A DNA stretch of 64,000 nucleotides. Source: Leucoraja ocellata. Lineage: Eukaryota. The position numbers and the translations under genes are program-made. Shown piece by piece: positions 41,601 through 50,286 of this stretch (positions are counted from its first letter, which is position 1; the number at the start of each line of letters is the position of its first letter). The stretch spans positions 3,286,001 to 3,350,000 of the forward strand of contig JAWMAR010000064.1 of the NCBI GenBank assembly GCA_036785375.1, read 5' to 3'. The notes below the pieces were generated by a model, which saw nothing but the letters and a program-made list of their open reading frames with translations, did not search any database and was not told where the DNA came from.

Positions 41601-44600
41601 GTTGTTAAATCACAGATGGAAGGTGACCAGTGAATCTGTTACCTCCACACTTAGAGCAATAATATTCTAGTTCTTATCCATACTTTGCAGAGTAATAATA
41701 ATACTTCTCCTAAAGTAATTGAGCGACATAGAGAATGATCTGTTTCCTCATGCTTGCCTGTGACAGGTAACACCCATGTCATGGCCATTTGGTAATGGAA
41801 ACGTGTTGTTTAAAAAATTTACAAACCACTATCCAAAAAAATGAAAAAAGGAATAAAATTTACTCTCACAGAACTTGTGTTGGAAAATAAAAAGAAACAC
41901 CATTATTTTTCAACTGGCATGCCTTGGCTCATGCACAGGTGATGTGGCTTTGTGTTATAGAATATCATGATACTGAATTTTTCTAGGAATTCAAACCTGT
42001 CCTATCACTCCACTCCCCCACCCACATTATCCTGAATCATTACCTTGCCCTACCTGGCTCTGCCTGCCCATCACCTGGTTATGTCTGCCGATCTCACACA
42101 CACCTATCCACCTGGCTTTCTTCTCTCCTGGTCAACCTTTCCTATCTCTCCCCCCCCCCCCCCCCCCCCCCCCCCCCCACTACAGTTCTGTCTGCCCATC
42201 AGCCCTTCCTTATGTAGTTCTACTTATGGCCTTCCAGCCTCTGTTTTTAACCACAAAACAGAATCATCCCTTTCCCCCACAGATTCTGATTGACCTAATG
42301 AGTTCTTCCAGCACTCTGTCTTTTTTTTGTAAACCAGCACCTGCAATTCCTTGTTTCTCTGAGTTTTCCGGAAGTGGCGGCGCTGGGTAAACGGCTGCGG
42401 CTCGCCTGCAGTCCGTTTGTTTTTACTTTTTTATGTTGTTTTTTTTTCTCGTTTTGTCTAGTTAGTTTTTGTTTTATGGTTGTGTTTATGTGGGGGGGGG
42501 GGGGGTTGAAAACGGGGTTTGCTGTCTCTCCTTCGGAGGAATACGACTTTTTGTCGTATCCCCCTTCTCTGCCTCTGTCTGCGCTGAGGCCTAATGGCGG
42601 AGCTGGCGACCTCGAGACTCGGAGGCAGAGCCAGTCAGGACTTGGCCCTGGGCTCGCTCCCGTGAGGGCGGTCCGGCTCGGGGCTGAGACTCTCCCGTGA
42701 GAGCGGCCCCAGCTCGAGGTGGAATGGCGCTCCCGTTGGAGCGGCCCAGCTCGAGGAGGAACGGCACTCACATGAGGGCGATCCGGCTCGGGGCTGGAAC
42801 GGTGTTCCGGTGGCTGGGACGGTGTTCTGGCGGCAGTGACCCAAGTCTTGGGTTCAGCCGTGGTCCAGGGCTTTGTCTGCTGACTGGAGGGCAGCAGCTT
42901 CGACCACCCCGGGCCGCGGTGTTTGAGCCGGCCCGTTTGCGGGGTTCGGTGAGCCGCGGGAGTTTGTACCATCGCCCGGTGGGGTATCGCCTCAGCGCAG
43001 AGGAGAAGAGGAGGGAAGAGACTGCAGCCCTAAGATTTTTGCCTCCACCACAGTGAGGAGGTGCTTGGAGGACTCACTGTGGTGGATGTTAATTTGTGTT
43101 TAGTGTTGTTTATTATTGTATGATTGTATGTATGACTGCAGACACGAAATTTCGTTCAGACCGTAAGGTCTGAATGACAATAAAGGTATTCTATTCTATT
43201 CTATTCTATTCTATCTATTCTATTCTATTCTAGTTTGTTTGTTTGTTCTAGACCAAGCATTTGCTCACCTTTCCTAATATTTTCCATGTGACAGGATTAT
43301 ATCAGATTACACACTTGTGATTAATTTTGTTACAGACAGATAATTTTCAAATTATTGTCCAATTAGTCCGTGGCTATATTTGCAGCTCTGACCACTCAGC
43401 ATTCAAATTGGTGCAAGGATTGGACAAAAGTGCAATACAAATGTTTTGCTATGTTCTGTCTTCCATTGAGACCAACAGCAGTTTAGTAACATTCCCCATG
43501 CCAAGTGATACCAGGCATGCAATCCAAAACCCAATGTTAACAAGGGTACCAAACCTGCAAATTACACACAAAGAAGAAGTTATTTTTAATTATTTTATTG
43601 TTGTCCAATGCAGTTACTCATTTCTAACAGTTTTTATATCTTTCATCAATCTTTCTGATCTAAAAAACCTTCACATTTGTTTGGCTTTTTGAATATTCTT
43701 CATTGTAATATTTATTAAATATCCCCGAATGTCAGAGCAAAATCTATCAAGCATAAAGGGGCTGTCCCACTGCGGTGACCTAATTGGCGAGCTTAGAAGT
43801 GTTTAAGAGAGTTTGAAAAAATGTCATGTTGAAGACCTCATTCGACTATGTAGAAGACCTCCTTCAACATCCTTCAACTATGTTGAAGACTAGCTTCGGG
43901 AAAATTGACACCGAATAGTGGAGAGTGAAGACGACCTCCTTCGATCTCCTTCGACCTCCCTTCGACTATGTTGAAGACTATCTACGACTACCTTCGACTA
44001 CACTGAATTACCTACGAATAACATGCTGACCAACTATGACCTACTTCGACTAACCCTAGGAGTAAAAAAAGTATCGATTTTTTCCATGGCCACTTTTTTT
44101 TACTCGCGGGCACTTTTCAACATGTTGAAAAATACGCCGCGACCTAGCTGAGGCCTCGAGTATGTGGGGACTACTCTCGAGCATGAAGGAGAGTTACAAA
44201 GACCTCCTAAGACCTCATGTCGACCATGCTGCGAGTATGAGTCAAGGGCAAACTCGCCAGAACTCGCAGATTAGGTCACCGCAGTGGGACAGCCCCTTTA
44301 CTTTGACGGAAGAGAAGGTTCTCTTCCTGATTTTGCCCCACTTTCTGGGGTGTTTTGGGATTGTGGCTTCTGCATTGTGTTACCCCTAGTCTAACCATTG
44401 TTCAAATCCTGCCACCTACGTTGTGGGTGTGGACAGCCAGGCCATACAGGCCAGGGGAGTCCAGGTAAGAAGGGTTCTTTGAGGCCAAGACTTGAAGAAG
44501 AATATAGCAAGGCTGATCAAACAGTTTTTAATTAATGTAGCAATTGAAAGTATTGTGTGATTTGCTATGTATCTCAAAATTTTAGATTGTTTATTATTTT

Positions 44601-47236
44601 ATTAGCATCTTCCAATGAATGGAACGGAATACTTTATTGTCACATGTGACAAGTCACAGTGAAATTCACTGCTTGCATAACGAAGGTATACAAATAGTTA
44701 CCACATAAGGGCGCTTGCAAAGTTACAAAGTATCCTGTGCCAGATCTTCCATTATTCTACCCCCTCCCTCCCCTTGCACCCTGTCTCGGCACCCCACTCC
44801 TCACTCCTCCCCCACTCCCACGCCAACATAAATGTTGCCCTTCTTTTTGCAGGTGGAGACAGTTGGCGATAAGTACATGACTGTGAGCGGCCTGCCAGAG
44901 CCATGTGTCCATCATGCTCGTTCCATATGTCACCTGGCATTAGACATGATGGAAATCGCAGGTCAGGTGCAGATAGATGGAGAACCTGTGCAGGTTAGCC
45001 AATAGACTCTGAAATGGTAGCCATTGTGCATGTTCACCTTCTTTGCGATGCATCTAATAAAAATCCTTGTAAATGCTGATGAACAATTCTTCATCAACAA
45101 ATATTCCATTGCTAAAAAAAAGATTCCATGAAAAACTAACATTTAAGATGGTAGTAAATTGAAAGCATAAATGTGTGAAGAAATAAACTGTGTAGTTGTG
45201 GCACAGGGAAGAACAATTGTCCACAGAGTACATGCCGTCTCTCTGCATAGCGTCCTGATGGTCCTAGTTCCCTGCTCCACACTGCAAGACCTGCTTGTGT
45301 ACTTTGAAGAGCCTCTCGTATTTTGAAATCATTGTCACTGCTTCTAGCACTCTTGTAGCCAGTGAATTTCAGTTAATTCATTTTTATTAGGTAGAAAAAT
45401 ATCTTCCACATAGCACTTCTGTATTTCTTCTTGTATCTTTAAATATGTGTCCCTACATCCTTGTACAAACAGCTAATGGGAACACCTTTTTCCTTTGTTT
45501 AATCTTATCTAAACCAATTGCAATCTTGTTCAGCCATGATCACAATGAATGGCGGTGTTGGCTTGAATGGCCTCCTTCTGCACCTATTTTCTATGTTTCT
45601 ATCTTTTTCAAATCAGCACCTCCTATTCCAGGGAATAAATTAAAGGCATCTTCAACCTAACCATGCAGCTAAATCCCCTTATTCCTTGAACTATTCTGAC
45701 AACCCTCCTCAAAATCCTTCAACTCCTCACCTACATTTCCTGTGTAGAATGTGGTGACTAACATTGGATACAGATCTTTCACATGTTATGGCAAGGTTCT
45801 GTAGAAGAGAACTGTTTGTAACCCTTAACAGTTCACCAATTAGATGGGTGGGTGCAGTTCGCCCCGGCAGAAGATGTTTGCAGAGGTGGGTTGCCCTATA
45901 GGACCTAACCATAACCCTAATCCTAACAAATTTAACCTAAGCCTATCTCGGGCTAATAATATTCCTTTAAAATTTGTTACTGCAGACAAGGTTTTAAATG
46001 CTATTGACGGTTTTATGAAAGATCCTGCTTGGATATAGAAACATAAAAAATAGGTGCAGGAGTAGGCCATTCGGCCCTTCAAGCCAGCACCGCCATTCAA
46101 TATGACCATGGCTGATCATACAAATTCAGTACAGCGTCCTGCTTTTCCCCCATATCCTTTGATTCCGTTAGCACTAAGAGCTAAATCTAACTCTCTTGAA
46201 AACATCCAGTGAATTGGCCTCACTGCCTTTGTAGCAGAGTATTCCACAGATTCACAACTCTTAGGGTGAATTTTTTTTCCCTGTGTGAAAATGTGTTTCC
46301 TCGTCTCCGTTCTAAATGGGCTACCCCTTATTCTTAAACTGTGACCCCTGGTTCTGATATGGCCTGGATGGCATGTTTGTAGATAAGATTTGTAAAGTAA
46401 ACATCATTGTGTTAACTGGAATATATTCTTCTTGGGTTCAACGTGGCATTATAACAGCCCTGTAATAGCTGGCAAATCCATCCTGCTTGTCTCCTAAAGC
46501 ACAAAGTGCTGGAGGAATTGAGCAGGTCAGGCAGTATCGGTGGAGGAAAATGGACAGACAACGTTTTTGGGTTGGGACCATTCTTGGGACCATTATCTGA
46601 GGATTATTATCTAGCAGCTCAGATGCTGCTAGCATTGGATTCACTAAAATTATATCGATAAACTATATAAGAACATGGACACAAAAATCTGGAGTAACTC
46701 TGTGGGTCAGATAAGAAAAGGAATAGGTGACGTTTCGGATTGACACCCTTCTTCGGACTATATCTTCTTTCACTTCAGATCACTATTGGCATTCACACTG
46801 GAGAAGTTGTCACTGGTGTAATAGGCCAGAGGATGCCTCGCTATTGTTTGTTTGGAAATACTGTTAACCTAACAAGCAGGACAGAAACCACTGGAGAAAA
46901 AGGGAGGATCAATGTCTCTGATGCCACATGCAGGTGAGTATCAGTTTAATTCATGGTGAATGGTGTTGTTACAATCATGTGATGGGGGAGGGGAGCACAT
47001 CACGTTTATATCTTGCACATTTACCATTTCTGAATTAATATTGTTTCAACCTGCACTTAAAATGAGAAAAATTGTCCTAATTAGCATCATCTTTTATAAT
47101 TAGATGCCTTATGAATGCTGAGAACTCGGACGAACAGTTTCAACTGGAGTACAGAGATCTGGTTAGCATGAAGGGCAAGAAAGATCCGATGAAAGTTTGG
47201 TTCCTCTCCAGAAAAAGCAAGGAGACCGAAATATGA
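2692..47236 (+). CDS. gucy1b1: Soluble guanylate cyclase subunit beta-1 (NO receptor), spliced CDS of 13 exons, 613 aa
   Basis: Joined exons translate [12 protein letters not shown]...[23 protein letters not shown]...HYYSEREGL...VETVGDKYM...[18 protein letters not shown]...[12 protein letters not shown], collinear with vertebrate sGC beta1 (H-NOX, PAS, coiled coil, cyclase). Exon lengths 3+74+101+119+198+231+117+134+198+238+141+155+133=1842 nt; all introns GT-AG with matching phases. Confidence 0.98.
3181..3254 (+). CDS. gucy1b1: gucy1b1 exon 2 ([25 protein letters not shown])
   Basis: tttgcag| acceptor, |gtaagt donor; H-NOX N-terminus. Confidence 0.97.
3955..5375 (-). mobile_element. CR1 LINE, degenerate RT fragments
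   Basis: [22 protein letters not shown] and [13 protein letters not shown] motifs in minus-strand ORFs; a separate CR1 tail with (CATAGAAA)n is inserted near 4811-4945. Confidence 0.9.
5432..5532 (+). CDS. gucy1b1: gucy1b1 exon 3 ([33 protein letters not shown])
   Basis: ttgcag| acceptor, |gtaagt donor, 101 nt. Confidence 0.97.
6487..6575. repeat. 42-bp tandem duplication in a GC-rich patch
   Basis: cacccc(c/a)tgctccccgtcacctgcagccccggctgcccacac repeated twice. Confidence 0.85.
9801..9919 (+). CDS. gucy1b1: gucy1b1 exon 4 ([39 protein letters not shown])
   Basis: ttccag| acceptor, |gtaaat donor; contains Cys78. Confidence 0.97.
10298..10930 (-). mobile_element. Rex1/Babar-type LINE 3' fragment
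   Basis: [19 protein letters not shown]; (TTCA)n tail. Confidence 0.8.
11591..12050 (-). mobile_element. Rex1-type LINE 3' fragment inserted in a V-SINE tail
   Basis: [10 protein letters not shown]...LPSGKRYRS...[11 protein letters not shown]; TSD AGATA at 11586-11590 and 12051-12055. Confidence 0.85.
12776..13420 (-). mobile_element. L2-group (Crack-like) LINE 3' end
   Basis: Minus strand [20 protein letters not shown]...IQFKKMYK; AT-rich UTR and (TAAA)n tail; clade is inferred. Confidence 0.6.
13527..15000 (-). mobile_element. Rex1/Babar LINE RT fragment
   Basis: [48 protein letters not shown] across frameshifted ORFs. Confidence 0.92.
14397..14629 (-). mobile_element. tRNA-derived SINE with L2-type (TAT)n tail
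   Basis: A box TGGCGCAATGG and B box GGTTCGAATCC on minus; 8-bp TSD CGTTGTAT at 14389-14396 and 14630-14637. Confidence 0.88.
17043..17858 (+). mobile_element. GC-rich ~800-bp non-coding retroposon, copy A
   Basis: Closely similar to 24381-25190; ends in hairpin-TGACAATAAA-(ATTCT)n. Confidence 0.85.
18203..18400 (+). CDS. gucy1b1: gucy1b1 exon 5 (heme-binding His105, YxSxR)
   Basis: ttctcag| NLDALHDHL...EIDMK |gtaaga; His105 codon CAT at 18218-18220. Confidence 0.98.
19181..19540. mobile_element. PIF/Harbinger-type MITE
   Basis: Long TIR AGCCCCTGTCCCACGATGC...GCATCGTGGGACAGAGACT; TTA on both sides. Confidence 0.85.
19755..20547 (+). mobile_element. GC-rich non-coding retroposon, copy B
   Basis: Same architecture with an (ATTGT) tail. 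Confidence 0.8.
20807..20991. mobile_element. Palindromic pLTR-derived short element
   Basis: Near-perfect inverted arms of about 60 bp; flanked by the direct repeat cacaaata(c/t)tactg at 20793-20806 and 20992-21005. Confidence 0.8.
21100..21990 (+). mobile_element. CR1 LINE 3' fragments
   Basis: [29 protein letters not shown] remnants. Confidence 0.75.
22180..24330 (+). mobile_element. Rex1/Babar LINE, 5'-truncated, RT split into two ORFs
   Basis: [45 protein letters not shown]; tail TGACAATAAA-(TTGAA)n. Confidence 0.94.
24381..25190 (+). mobile_element. GC-rich non-coding retroposon, copy C
   Basis: Close match to copy A; (ATTCT)7 tail. Confidence 0.85.
25421..25550 (+). mobile_element. 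pLTR-derived short element beginning at the hammerhead
   Basis: 11-bp TSD TAAACAAGTCT at 25410-25420 and 25551-25561. Confidence 0.8.
29586..29903 (-). mobile_element. V-SINE (HE1-like), full length
   Basis: Same family; further copies near 10960-11230(-), 12051-12275(-), 30305-30600(-), 50037-50086(+) and 62395-62920(-). Confidence 0.88.
30778..31008 (+). CDS. gucy1b1: gucy1b1 exon 6 ([11 protein letters not shown]...IYRVLPQ)
   Basis: ttttag| acceptor, |gtacga donor, 231 nt. Confidence 0.97.
31575..31766. mobile_element. Palindromic pLTR-derived element with the hammerhead in its loop
   Basis: Arms 31613-31670 and 31704-31762 are reverse complements. Confidence 0.8.
31668..31708 (+). ncRNA. 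Minimal type I hammerhead ribozyme motif (Penelope-type) in intron 6, sense strand
   Basis: AATAGT-CTGAAGA-A-GGGTC tc GACCC-GAAA-CGTC-GCCTATT: intact core, 5-bp stem II, loopless palindromic stem III (ACGT), predicted cleavage after C31701. Activity untested. Confidence 0.7.
32035..32365 (+). mobile_element. CR1 LINE 3' end
   Basis: [34 protein letters not shown]. Confidence 0.85.
32411..32445 (-). ncRNA. Minimal hammerhead motif, antisense copy
   Basis: Reverse complement agt-CTGAAGA-A-GGGT ctca ATCC-GAAA-CGTC-acct; core intact. Confidence 0.6.
32906..33445 (-). mobile_element. CR1 LINE 3' end with (AGACAAT)n tail
   Basis: ORF 33002..33478 [11 protein letters not shown]...[14 protein letters not shown]; related tails near 34380-34590 and 46036-46355. 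Confidence 0.9.
33644..33760 (+). CDS. gucy1b1: gucy1b1 exon 7 ([39 protein letters not shown])
   Basis: ctgtag| acceptor, |gtaact donor; PAS domain; not in the ORF track, translated by eye. Confidence 0.96.
33889..34022 (+). CDS. gucy1b1: gucy1b1 exon 8 (EDLLNVEK...[21 protein letters not shown])
   Basis: ctttag| acceptor, |gtatat donor; LKGQM motif; follows a 128-bp intron. Confidence 0.96.
34912..35109 (+). CDS. gucy1b1: gucy1b1 exon 9 ([26 protein letters not shown]...EKKKTD)
   Basis: atccag| acceptor, |gtaagc donor; coiled-coil region. Confidence 0.97.
35160..36013 (+). mobile_element. GC-rich non-coding retroposon, copy D
   Basis: Similar to copy B; (ATTGT)n tail; starts about 50 bp after the exon 9 donor. 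Confidence 0.8.
36150..37300 (+). mobile_element. Old CR1 LINE fragments
   Basis: Degenerate VDVVYMD, LEYCV and [11 protein letters not shown] motifs. Confidence 0.7.
36572..36727. mobile_element. Palindromic pLTR-derived element inserted in a CR1
   Basis: 16-bp TSD TACAAGAACTGGAATG at 36556-36571 and 36728-36743. Confidence 0.8.
37957..38258. mobile_element. Harbinger-type MITE, internally deleted
   Basis: Right end matches the 62647-62882 element (GGTTTCCGTTCAGGTTTCCTAAGT...ACAGGGGCA-TTA). Confidence 0.7.
39022..39119 (+). mobile_element. pLTR-derived short element
   Basis: 11-bp TSD TCACTGATAAA at 39011-39021 and 39120-39130; degenerate hammerhead at its 5' end. Confidence 0.75.
39614..39851 (+). 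CDS. gucy1b1: gucy1b1 exon 10 ([16 protein letters not shown]...NPYVFK)
   Basis: tttcag| acceptor, |gtgagt donor; [11 protein letters not shown] motif typical of beta1. Confidence 0.97.
39895..41310. mobile_element. Non-autonomous Tc1/mariner (Tigger/pogo-like) composite element
   Basis: 24-bp perfect TIR CAGGTGCACAACCTTTTATCCGAA; TA TSD at 39893-39894 and 41311-41312; no transposase ORF. Confidence 0.9.
42369..43231 (+). mobile_element. GC-rich non-coding retroposon, divergent copy E
   Basis: Same 5' head, T-tract, G-tract, internal hairpin and (ATTCT)n tail, with a different middle. Confidence 0.75.
43757..44297. mobile_element. Harbinger-type MITE
   Basis: TIR AGGGGCTGTCCCACTGCGGTGACCTAAT / ATTAGGTCACCGCAGTGGGACAGCCCCT; TAA and TTA flanks; internal CTTCGAC repeats. 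Confidence 0.88.
44853..44993 (+). CDS. gucy1b1: gucy1b1 exon 11 ([18 protein letters not shown]...GEPVQ)
   Basis: ttgcag| acceptor, |gttagc donor; cyclase VETVGDKYM motif. Confidence 0.97.
46779..46933 (+). CDS. gucy1b1: gucy1b1 exon 12 ([36 protein letters not shown]...)
   Basis: cttcag| acceptor, |gtgagt donor; guanylate cyclase signature with Cys541, Asn548, Arg552. Confidence 0.98.
47104..47236 (+). CDS. gucy1b1: gucy1b1 exon 13, terminal coding part ([43 protein letters not shown])
   Basis: aattag| acceptor; MKGK motif; TGA at 47234-47236. Confidence 0.93.
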
Positions 47237-47431
47237 TTCATCAAAGAACAATTTATTATTTTGAACATAAACAGTGGGAAAAAAATCATTAATTTGATAA
47301 ATAGTGCAGCGTTAACCTCACAACGGAACAAAATGAAACATTTCCTAAATTAATGGCATTTTTCTATGAACATTTGTCAAGTACCAAGAAAGTTGTTTAA
47401 TCAGAAGATTGTTTCTCATTTTTCTTCATTC

Positions 47432-47437
47432 AATAAA
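47432..47437 (+). promoter_or_regulatory. Candidate polyadenylation signal of gucy1b1
   Basis: AATAAA about 195 nt after the stop codon in an AU-rich 3' UTR; use is not demonstrable from sequence alone. Confidence 0.5.
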
Positions 47438-48039
47438 CAGATACCAGCGAGCATATTTGGTTTATCTTACATAAAATATTTGCACATTGTGCCAAGTCCG
47501 ATAACATTTATGTAAAAGATGGATGCCTTGAGCCAATCCAGCATCCTGGCGGTTTGTGTGGCTTTGGAGGAGAGGGCACAGTTCTTCACTGCTGACATGC
47601 TGGAGGCTGCAGAGCCAGCAGAAGATAATTACCGTATTTCCCGGCAATGAAGACGCTATTTCATACCCAAATATAAGGCACAAAGATTTACCTGCGTCTT
47701 GGAGGCCGAAGGTTAGATTGTTATCCAAGAAAGATAGACTTTGTTATCCCTCTGTACAGCAACATCAAGAACGATGTTGCTATACTGAGGGATAGCCAAG
47801 TCTATCCTTCATTGCTGGCAGCTGATGGGAAGCGGCTTTAAAAGGTAGGGGGGGGAGAGTTCCTTTCACAGCGTGTGGGGAGTCTGGCCCGGGGAGGGAA
47901 GTTGCTCGGGTGGCTGCGAGCAGCTACTGGGACCAGACAGCAGAAGCAGCCGCAACCTCAGTGCCTTCTGCCGGCCTGCCCGCGCAACCAGTGGCGCTGT
48001 TGTTTGGCAGGTAGCTACTGGGCGGAAGGCTGGCCTCTC

Positions 48040-48074
48040 ACTCTCTCGCTCTCTCTCTCTCTCGCTCTCTCTCG

Positions 48075-48109
<35 letters not shown>

Positions 48110-48145
48110 GCTCTCTCGCGCTCTCTCGCTCTCTCTCGCGCTCTC
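48040..48145. repeat. (CT)n compound microsatellite abutting a gap
   Basis: ctctctcgctctct... Confidence 0.9.
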
Positions 48146-48437
48146 NNNNNNNNNNNNNNNNNNNNNNNNNNNNNNNNNNNNNNNNNNNNNNNNNNNNNNN
48201 NNNNNNNNNNNNNNNNNNNNNNNNNNNNNNNNNNNNNNNNNNNNNNNNNNNNNNNNNNNNNNNNNNNNNNNNNNNNNNNNNNNNNNNNNNNNNNNNNNNN
48301 NNNNNNNNNNNNNNNNNNNNNNNNNNNNNNNNNNNNNNNNNNNNNNNNNNNNNNNNNNNNNNNNNNNNNNNNNNNNNNNNNNNNNNNNNNNNNNNNNNNN
48401 NNNNNNNNNNNNNNNNNNNNNNNNNNNNNNNNNNNNN
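48146..48437. other. Assembly gap
   Basis: Run of N. Confidence 1.
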
Positions 48438-48869
48438 ATCTACCTGGTTGTAGATTTGCTAATAATTGACAATAAGATCTTTTTACTGACATATATCAAG
48501 CACAACCAACAATATTGGGCTGGAACAGCTTCCAGCAGGAGACGTGGCCAGTTCTGAAAGTTTTAATATTTCAAGAAGCCTTCAGAGTGGCCTGTGTTGG
48601 AATAGAATCGGTTAACGGGATAATTAATTAATCTTCTAATGTTTTGCTACTCATATTCTCTGCTTGAATTGTATGTATGGGATACTTACATGAACTTACA
48701 AGGCCTTAATATCTTTGTTCAATAGCCCTGAGATAGAATGATTAAATTACTCAACGTGAGGAATGGCATATTATATGGTGCTCGTTTGCATCAACGTCAC
48801 CGATTCCTTCTCTCCAGAGATGCTGCCTGTCCCGCTGAGTTACTCCAGCATTTTGTGTCAATATTTAAT

Positions 48870-49430
48870 CAGGAGGACAGTGGAGCTAGTCAGAGAACTA
48901 ATATGGGGCGGGACGGAGAGAGAGGGAAAACAAGGTTACTTGAAGGTAGAGAAATCAATATTCATTCCACTGGGTAGTAAGCTGCCCAAGTGGAATATGA
49001 GGTGCTGTTCCTCCAATTTGTGTTGGGCCTCACTCTTACAGTGGAGCAGGCCCAGGACAGAAAGTTCAGTGTGAGAATGGGAGGGGGAGTTAAAGCGTTT
49101 AGCAACCGGCAGATCAGGTAGGTTTCGGCAAACTGAGCAGAGGTGTTGAGCCTGTGCTTGGTCTCGCTGATATATAGGAGTCCACACCTGGAACAGCAGA
49201 TACAGTTGATGAGGTTGGAGGAGGTGCAAGTGAACCTGCCTCATCTGAAAAGACTGTTGGGGTCCTTGGGTAGAGTCGAGGGAGGAGGTTCAGAGACAGG
49301 TGTTGCATCTCCTGCAGGGGAAAGTACCTGGGGAGGGGGTGGTTTGGGTGGGAAGGGATGAGTTAACCAGGGAGTTGTGGAGGGAATGGTTTGCAGAAAG
49401 CAAAAAGGGGTGAAGATGGGAAGATGTGGT
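48870..49430 (-). mobile_element. Penelope-like retroelement fragment, degenerate GIY-YIG endonuclease
   Basis: Minus strand FTCTSSNLINCICCSRCGLLYISETKHR (GIY...YIG-like), then frameshifted LPVAKRFNSPSHS...KLEEQHLIFHLGSLLPSGMNIDFS. Confidence 0.85.
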
Positions 49431-50086
49431 TTCAGAACTTGGAGAGAACAGCATAAGTTAATGGGTGTTAATATCTTAGATGACATTAAATGATATCTTA
49501 GATATCGTAGAGACATATAACGACTCTACTTAGAAGTTTCAAGAGATTTGTCATGACACTGAATAATTCTACCGATACACTGTCGAATGTATTCTGACTG
49601 GTTACATCATAGTTTGGTAGAGTTATTTAAACACACGGGAACACAAGGGGCTGCACAGAGTGAAGGTCCATCATTGCTACAGCTCTCCCCCATATCAAAA
49701 ACATCTACATGTGACATTGCCTTAAGAAGGTGGCATCTCTCATCAAGGATGTCCACCATCTGGATAAGTCCCTCGTCAGGCAGGAGGCACAGAAGTCTAA
49801 GGACACCACTGAATTCAAGACAAGGTACTTGTTTGCAACTATGGGTTTCTTGAACTGACCCGCATCACCCTAATACTATCTCACCAACATGGCACAATAG
49901 GAAGAAAATATTGAGAGCATTTTGTCTAAACTTTTTCCAAACACGCAATTTCATTTATTTGAATGAATGCTGCTATATAGGAGTATGGATTTCTGCTTGA
50001 AAATAATGTTCATGATTAAAGTCATGCTAACCTTGCGGACAGCACAACGGTGCAGTGGTAGAGTTGCGGCCTTACAGCGCCAGAGA

Positions 50087-50286
50087 NNNNNNNNNNNNNN
50101 NNNNNNNNNNNNNNNNNNNNNNNNNNNNNNNNNNNNNNNNNNNNNNNNNNNNNNNNNNNNNNNNNNNNNNNNNNNNNNNNNNNNNNNNNNNNNNNNNNNN
50201 NNNNNNNNNNNNNNNNNNNNNNNNNNNNNNNNNNNNNNNNNNNNNNNNNNNNNNNNNNNNNNNNNNNNNNNNNNNNNNNNNNNNNN
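50087..50286. other. Assembly gap
   Basis: Run of 200 N. Confidence 1.

Noticed and set aside
43830-44060. CRISPR-like or regularly spaced repeat array (CTTCGAC units)
   Set aside because: Irregular short degenerate motifs inside a TIR-bounded MITE in a vertebrate intron; no spacers or cas genes
2692-47236. Assignment as gucy1b2, gucy1a or a pseudogene
   Set aside because: Translation follows beta1 throughout ([28 protein letters not shown]) and the frame is intact across all 13 exons
47630-48040. Second DNA transposon starting TA-CCGTATTTCCCGGC
   Set aside because: Looks like a Tc1/pogo-type left end, but no right TIR is visible before the gap, so it was not called
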